From Halorhodospira halophila SL1 (GTDB lineage Bacteria; Pseudomonadota; Gammaproteobacteria; Nitrococcales; Halorhodospiraceae): a DNA stretch of 32,000 nucleotides. The translations under genes were made by a program, and so were the position numbers. The stretch covers positions 2,010,001-2,042,000 of the forward strand of contig NC_008789.1 in assembly GCF_000015585.1 (NCBI RefSeq). Reading direction: 5' to 3'. The notes beneath the pieces are model-generated. The model saw only the letters and a list, made by a program, of their open reading frames with translations, made no database searches and was not told where the DNA came from. Of the stretch, positions 28,181 through 32,000 are shown piece after piece (within the stretch, counting starts at the first letter, position 1; every line of letters starts with the position of its first letter).

Positions 28181-29452
28181 TCAGCGCACGTGGGCCACTT
28201 CCTGGCCCAGCATCTCGGCGGTCACCAGCACCACCCCGCCCGGGGTGACGTGGAAGCGCTCACGGTCGGTCTCCAGATCCTCGCCGATGACCATACCCGG
28301 CGGGATCCGGCAGCCCTCGTCGATGACCGCGCGGCGGATCCGGCAGCCGTCCTCGACGGTCACCCGCGGCAGGATCACCGCCTCCTGCACCTCGGCCCCC
28401 GGACCGACCTTGACCCGGGAGAAGAGCACCGAGCGACGAACCGAGGCGCCGGCGATGATATTCCCTCCCGAAACCATGGAGTCGATGGCCATGCCGCGCT
28501 TGCCGCGCTGATCGTGCATGAACTTGGCCGGGGGCAGCTGCGCCTGGTAGGTCCAGATCGGCCACTCGTCATCGTAGAGGTCGAGCTCCGGCTCCTCCTG
28601 GATCAGCTCCTGGTTGGCGCGGTAGAAGGCATCCACCGTCCCCACATCCCGCCAGTATGCCTGTTTGCCGCTCACCGGATCACTGAACGGATAGGCCTGG
28701 ACGTGATCCCGACCGATGGCTGCCGGCAGCACGTCGCGGCCGAAATCCCGCGAACTGGCAAAGTTCTCGGCGTCCTCGCGCAGCACCTGGAGCAGATAGT
28801 CGCGGTTGAAGACGTAGATGCCCATGGATACCAGGGCCACGTCGTCGTGGCCCGGCATCGGCTCGGGCTGCTGCGGCTTTTCGGTCAGCGCAGTGACCCG
28901 GCCGTCTTCCTGGACGCTCATCACCCCGAAGGCGCGGGCCTGCTCGAGCGTCACCTGCACGCAACCGACCGTAACGTCGGCACCGGACTCAACGTGCCGG
29001 GCGATCATCGCCCCGTAATCCATCTTGTAGACATGATCGCCGGCGAGGATCAGCACGTAGCTGGGATCGTGGGCCTGGATGATGTCGATATTCTGGTAGA
29101 CGGAATCGGCGGTCCCGGAGTACCAGAGCGGCTTGTCCATACGCTGCTGCGCCGGGATCAGCTCGACGAACTCGCCGAACTCGCCGCGCAGGAACCCCCA
29201 CCCCCGCTGGACGTGCTGGATCAAGGAGTGGGCCTTGTACTGGGTCAGGATGCCCACCCGGCGGATGCCGGAGTTGATGCAGTTGGACAGCGGAAAATCG
29301 ATCAGCCGGAACTTGCCGCCGAAGGGGATCGCCGGCTTGGTCCGCCAGTCCGTAAGGCTGGAGAGCCGTCCACCGCGGCCGCCGGCCATGATCAACGCGA
29401 GGGTCTCACGCGTCAGCCGACTGACAAATCGCGGGTTGCGCTCAAGAAACAT
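28181..29452 (-). CDS. glgC: Glucose-1-phosphate adenylyltransferase
   Basis: LALIMAGGRGGRLSSLTDWRTKPAIPFGGKFRLIDFPLSNCINSGIRRVGILTQYKAHSLIQHVQRGW closely matches the GlgC N-terminus. The ATG at 29452 is preceded by SD GGAGG. The track ORF extends 186 nt further upstream. Confidence 0.95.
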   Translation of the reverse strand: MFLERNPRFVSRLTRETLALIMAGGRGGRLSSLTDWRTKPAIPFGGKFRLIDFPLSNCINSGIRRVGILTQYKAHSLIQHVQRGWGFLRGEFGEFVELIPAQQRMDKPLWYSGTADSVYQNIDIIQAHDPSYVLILAGDHVYKMDYGAMIARHVESGADVTVGCVQVTLEQARAFGVMSVQEDGRVTALTEKPQQPEPMPGHDDVALVSMGIYVFNRDYLLQVLREDAENFASSRDFGRDVLPAAIGRDHVQAYPFSDPVSGKQAYWRDVGTVDAFYRANQELIQEEPELDLYDDEWPIWTYQAQLPPAKFMHDQRGKRGMAIDSMVSGGNIIAGASVRRSVLFSRVKVGPGAEVQEAVILPRVTVEDGCRIRRAVIDEGCRIPPGMVIGEDLETDRERFHVTPGGVVLVTAEMLGQEVAHVR

Positions 29453-29622
29453 GCGACCTCCGGGGCGGGCTCGAACCCGGTCAGGATATAAGGGCGGTGC
29501 GGTGATGCCAACGGCTCCCCTCCGAGGGTTACGGGAAATCCCTTTTGCGGTTACCCTAAACGCTGGAAGTGTCATCGCAGGGTCGCGATCCCCGGCAGGG
29601 AACCGGGCGGAGGGAAGCAGGC

Positions 29623-30816
29623 TTGGAGACGCCACCATCCAAGGAAGCGGTCGAGGTACCGGTCGAGGACCTGCGCCCGGGGATGTACCTGGTCGAGCTG
29701 GGCGTGAAGTGGGCCATGCACCCCTTCCTGCACAACCAGTTCGAACTCGACACCGCGAGCATCCGCAAGATCCGTGACCTGGGGATTACCCGGGTCAAGG
29801 TGGACCCGCGCCGGGGCCGCGGTGCCGCCGACGGCGGATCAGCGAAGGAAGCTGAACCGCCCCCCCGCCGGGCCAGCAAGGCGAAAGGGGATGGCGACGG
29901 GCGACGGTGGGCACGCCAGCTCACCCAGGAGGCGCGCTCGGCGGTACGCGATCTGGTGCGCGATGCCCGCGCCGGCCGGGCCCTGCGCATGCAGGATATC
30001 GACGAGATCAGCGAGGAACTCTCGGTCGCCCTGTACGAACACCCCGATGCCATGCTCGCCTTCGGGCGCATCCGCTCCCGCGATCAGTACACCTACCAGC
30101 ATAGCGTCAACGTCGGGGTGTTGCTGATGGCCTTTGCCCGCTACCTCCGCATGCCCGAACCCCACGTGCGCGCCCTCGGCTCCGCCGGCATCGTCCACGA
30201 CATCGGCAAGACACTGCTGCCGGACGCGATCATCGCCAAACCCGGCCCCCTGACGCCGGAGGAGTACCAGCAGGTTAAGGACCACCCCTGGCGGGGCGCC
30301 GAATTGCTGCGCCAGACCCCCGGGGCCACGTCGCTGGCCGTGCGGATCGCCGAGCAGCACCATGAGCGCATCGACGGCACCGGCTACCCCTACGGCCTGA
30401 GCGGGCGTGAGCTGAGCATCGAGACCCGCATGGCCGCCATCGTCGACGTCTACGACGCCGTTACCGCCATCCGGTCCTACCACCGCGGCCGCCCCCCCAC
30501 CGAGGGGCTGCGCATCATTGCCAGTGAGGCCGGCCAGGCCCTCGATGCCACACTGATCCGGCGATTCGTGCGCTGTGTCGGCATCTATCCGCCAGGCTCG
30601 CTGGTCCGCCTGTCCACAGGCAAGCTGGCGGTGGTCCTGGAGGCCCATAAACGGGCCGCCGACAAGCCGCGGGTCCGGGTGGTCTACGACATCTCGGCCG
30701 AGCGCATGATCGACCCGCCCCCCATCCTGGACCTCTCCCAGGGGCACCCCGCCCACCGCATCGAGCGCGCCGAGGATCCGGCGTCCTGGGCCCTGCCGCC
30801 GGAACGCTTCCTCTAG
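29623..30816 (+). CDS. HD-GYP domain c-di-GMP phosphodiesterase with N-terminal DUF3391-like domain
   Basis: The HD motif is SAGIVHDIGKTLLP, followed by HHERIDGTGYPYGL (the GYP motif). The N-terminus VEDLRPGMYLVELGVKWAMHPFL resembles DUF3391. The start is uncertain. The TTG at 29623 has an SD GGAGGGA upstream, and the track start GTG at 29569 is the alternative. Confidence 0.9.
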   Translation: METPPSKEAVEVPVEDLRPGMYLVELGVKWAMHPFLHNQFELDTASIRKIRDLGITRVKVDPRRGRGAADGGSAKEAEPPPRRASKAKGDGDGRRWARQLTQEARSAVRDLVRDARAGRALRMQDIDEISEELSVALYEHPDAMLAFGRIRSRDQYTYQHSVNVGVLLMAFARYLRMPEPHVRALGSAGIVHDIGKTLLPDAIIAKPGPLTPEEYQQVKDHPWRGAELLRQTPGATSLAVRIAEQHHERIDGTGYPYGLSGRELSIETRMAAIVDVYDAVTAIRSYHRGRPPTEGLRIIASEAGQALDATLIRRFVRCVGIYPPGSLVRLSTGKLAVVLEAHKRAADKPRVRVVYDISAERMIDPPPILDLSQGHPAHRIERAEDPASWALPPERFL

Positions 30817-30861
30817 ACGATTGGCTTAGAATGGGCCGTTCACTCCCCGACCGGCCCACCC

Positions 30862-31296
30862 ATGGAACTGCTGATCAAGTACACCGTCGTCTTCCTGCTC
30901 GCTGCCACGCCGTGGATCGAACTGATGGTCGTCATCCCCATGGGGGCCGCCATGGGTCTGTCGGTCACCCCCCTGACCATCGTGGCCTTCATCGGCAACG
31001 CATTACCGGTGTTCGCCATCATCGCCCTGTTCCGCTGGTGGGAGCAGCGGCGGGGGCCAGTACAGCGGCGCTGGAGCGAACGGGCCACCCGGGTCTGGGA
31101 TCGGTACGGACTCCCGGGGCTGGCGCTGCTCGGGCCGGTGCTCACCGGCATCCACCTGGCGGCGGTGATGGCACTCGCCCTGGGGGCCTGGCGACGGCAG
31201 ACGGCACAGTGGATGGTCGCCAGCCTGGCGGTATGGGCCGTAGTCACTGGCGTGGTCACCGCCGCCGGGGTGGAGTGGCTGACCCGATCGGACTGA
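30862..31296 (+). CDS. Small membrane protein, probably the 'small multidrug export' family (PF06695-like)
   Basis: 144 aa with about 4 TM helices. The N-terminus LAATPWIELMVVIPMGAAMGL and the overall layout match my recollection of that family. No SD is evident. The functional name is only a family label. Confidence 0.55.
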   Translation: MELLIKYTVVFLLAATPWIELMVVIPMGAAMGLSVTPLTIVAFIGNALPVFAIIALFRWWEQRRGPVQRRWSERATRVWDRYGLPGLALLGPVLTGIHLAAVMALALGAWRRQTAQWMVASLAVWAVVTGVVTAAGVEWLTRSD

Positions 31297-31307
31297 ACGG
31301 GGCAGCG

Positions 31308-32000
31308 ATGACCTGGCGCAAGATCATCCACATCGACATGGACGCCTTCTACGCCTCGGTGGAGCAGCGCGACGACCCGAGCCTGCGCGGTCAACCCGTG
31401 GTGGTGGGCGGCTCCCCCGAAGGACGGGGCGTGGTCGCCGCGGCGAGTTACGAGGCGCGGGCATTCGGCATCCGCTCCGCGCAGCCCGCCGCCTGGGCCC
31501 GGCGCCGCTGTCCCGAGGCCATCTTCCTGCGCCCCCGGTTTGACCGCTACCGCGCCATTTCCCGGCAGATTCACGGCATATTCGCCGACTTCGCCACCAC
31601 CATCGAACCCCTATCCCTCGACGAGGCCTATCTGGATGTCACCGGCTCGCAACGGTTCCGCGGCTCGGCCACCCACATGGCCCAGGCAATTCGCCGGCGC
31701 ATCCGCGAGGAGACCGGGCTGACGGCCTCGGCGGGGGTGTCGTACAACAAGCTACTGGCCAAACTTGCCTCCGACGAAGGCAAACCCGACGGCCTCTATG
31801 TGGTCCCGCCCGAGGACGGGCCGGCGTACGTCGCGGCGCAGCCGATCCGCCGTCTTCACGGGGTCGGCCCCGCCACGGCGGCGCGCCTGGAGCGCCTGGG
31901 GATTCGGCAGGTGGGCGACCTGCTGGACTGGGAACTCGCCGACCTGCATGTGTTCCTGGGCAACCGCGCCGGCACCCTGCACGACGCCGCCCGCGGTATC
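31308..32000 (+). CDS. dinB: DNA polymerase IV (Y-family), N-terminal 231 codons, runs off the window end
   Basis: It is absent from the ORF track because there is no stop in the window. My translation from the ATG at 31308 gives MTWRKIIHIDMDAFYASVEQRDDPSLRGQPVVVGG...SYEARAFGIRSA...IEPLSLDEAYLDVTG...ASAGVSYNKLLAKLASDEGKPDG, the canonical DinB sequence. Confidence 0.93.
   Translation, partial: MTWRKIIHIDMDAFYASVEQRDDPSLRGQPVVVGGSPEGRGVVAAASYEARAFGIRSAQPAAWARRRCPEAIFLRPRFDRYRAISRQIHGIFADFATTIEPLSLDEAYLDVTGSQRFRGSATHMAQAIRRRIREETGLTASAGVSYNKLLAKLASDEGKPDGLYVVPPEDGPAYVAAQPIRRLHGVGPATAARLERLGIRQVGDLLDWELADLHVFLGNRAGTLHDAARGI

Noticed and set aside
27968-29491. 507-aa ORF antisense to glgC and the end of the antiporter gene
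   Set aside because: It spans two real genes and their intergenic terminator. The product is Arg/Asp/His/Gly/Leu-rich with no recognisable motif. I treat it as a GC artefact.
29453-29622. Possible c-di-GMP (GEMM) riboswitch in the HD-GYP leader, prompted by GGTTACC and CCTAAAC strings reminiscent of Vc2
   Set aside because: The conserved GEMM-I cores (GCAAA-type tetraloop and receptor, ACGCAAAGC) are absent and no matching P1/P2/P3 architecture can be drawn. The resemblance is a few short strings.
29453-29638. 62-aa N-terminal extension of GlgC (track start at 29638)
   Set aside because: The internal ATG at 29452 has a GGAGG SD and yields a canonical GlgC N-terminus. The extension is Pro/Arg-rich and would overlap the divergent HD-GYP gene.

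Overview
The window is very GC-rich (roughly two-thirds G+C by eye), gene-dense bacterial chromosome. Its gene content and order fit a gammaproteobacterium, and the BCCT osmolyte transporter, K+/H+ antiporter and P-type ATPase hint at a halophilic Chromatiales/Ectothiorhodospiraceae-like organism. That taxonomic call is low-confidence inference. Most of the window is core housekeeping. It holds ribF(partial)-murJ, rpsT, the ispB / tRNA-Pro / rplU-rpmA-obg-proB block, a six-gene late cobalamin cluster (cobU-cobT-cobC-cobS-cbiB-cobD), glgC and dinB(partial). I saw no CRISPR array, transposase, integrase, phage gene or recognisable defence gene. I therefore cannot point to a clear novel system and say so plainly. 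The regions that housekeeping does not explain are these: (1) a 619-aa predicted lipoprotein with about 11-12 ankyrin repeats and an unassigned C-terminal domain, sitting 3 nt after proB at the end of the ribosomal/obg/proB gene string; (2) a translationally coupled four-gene MCE-type ABC system (STAS-fused MlaE-like permease, ATPase, MCE protein with a long helical tail, PqiC/DUF330-like lipoprotein) lying between murJ and rpsT; (3) a DUF3422-type protein of unknown function; (4) a kef-like antiporter / tandem-USP / P2-type ATPase gene string; (5) an isolated GnnA/GnnB- or WbpB/WbpE-like oxidoreductase plus aminotransferase pair; and several structured intergenic elements. The many long ORFs antisense to these genes are treated as GC-driven artefacts.
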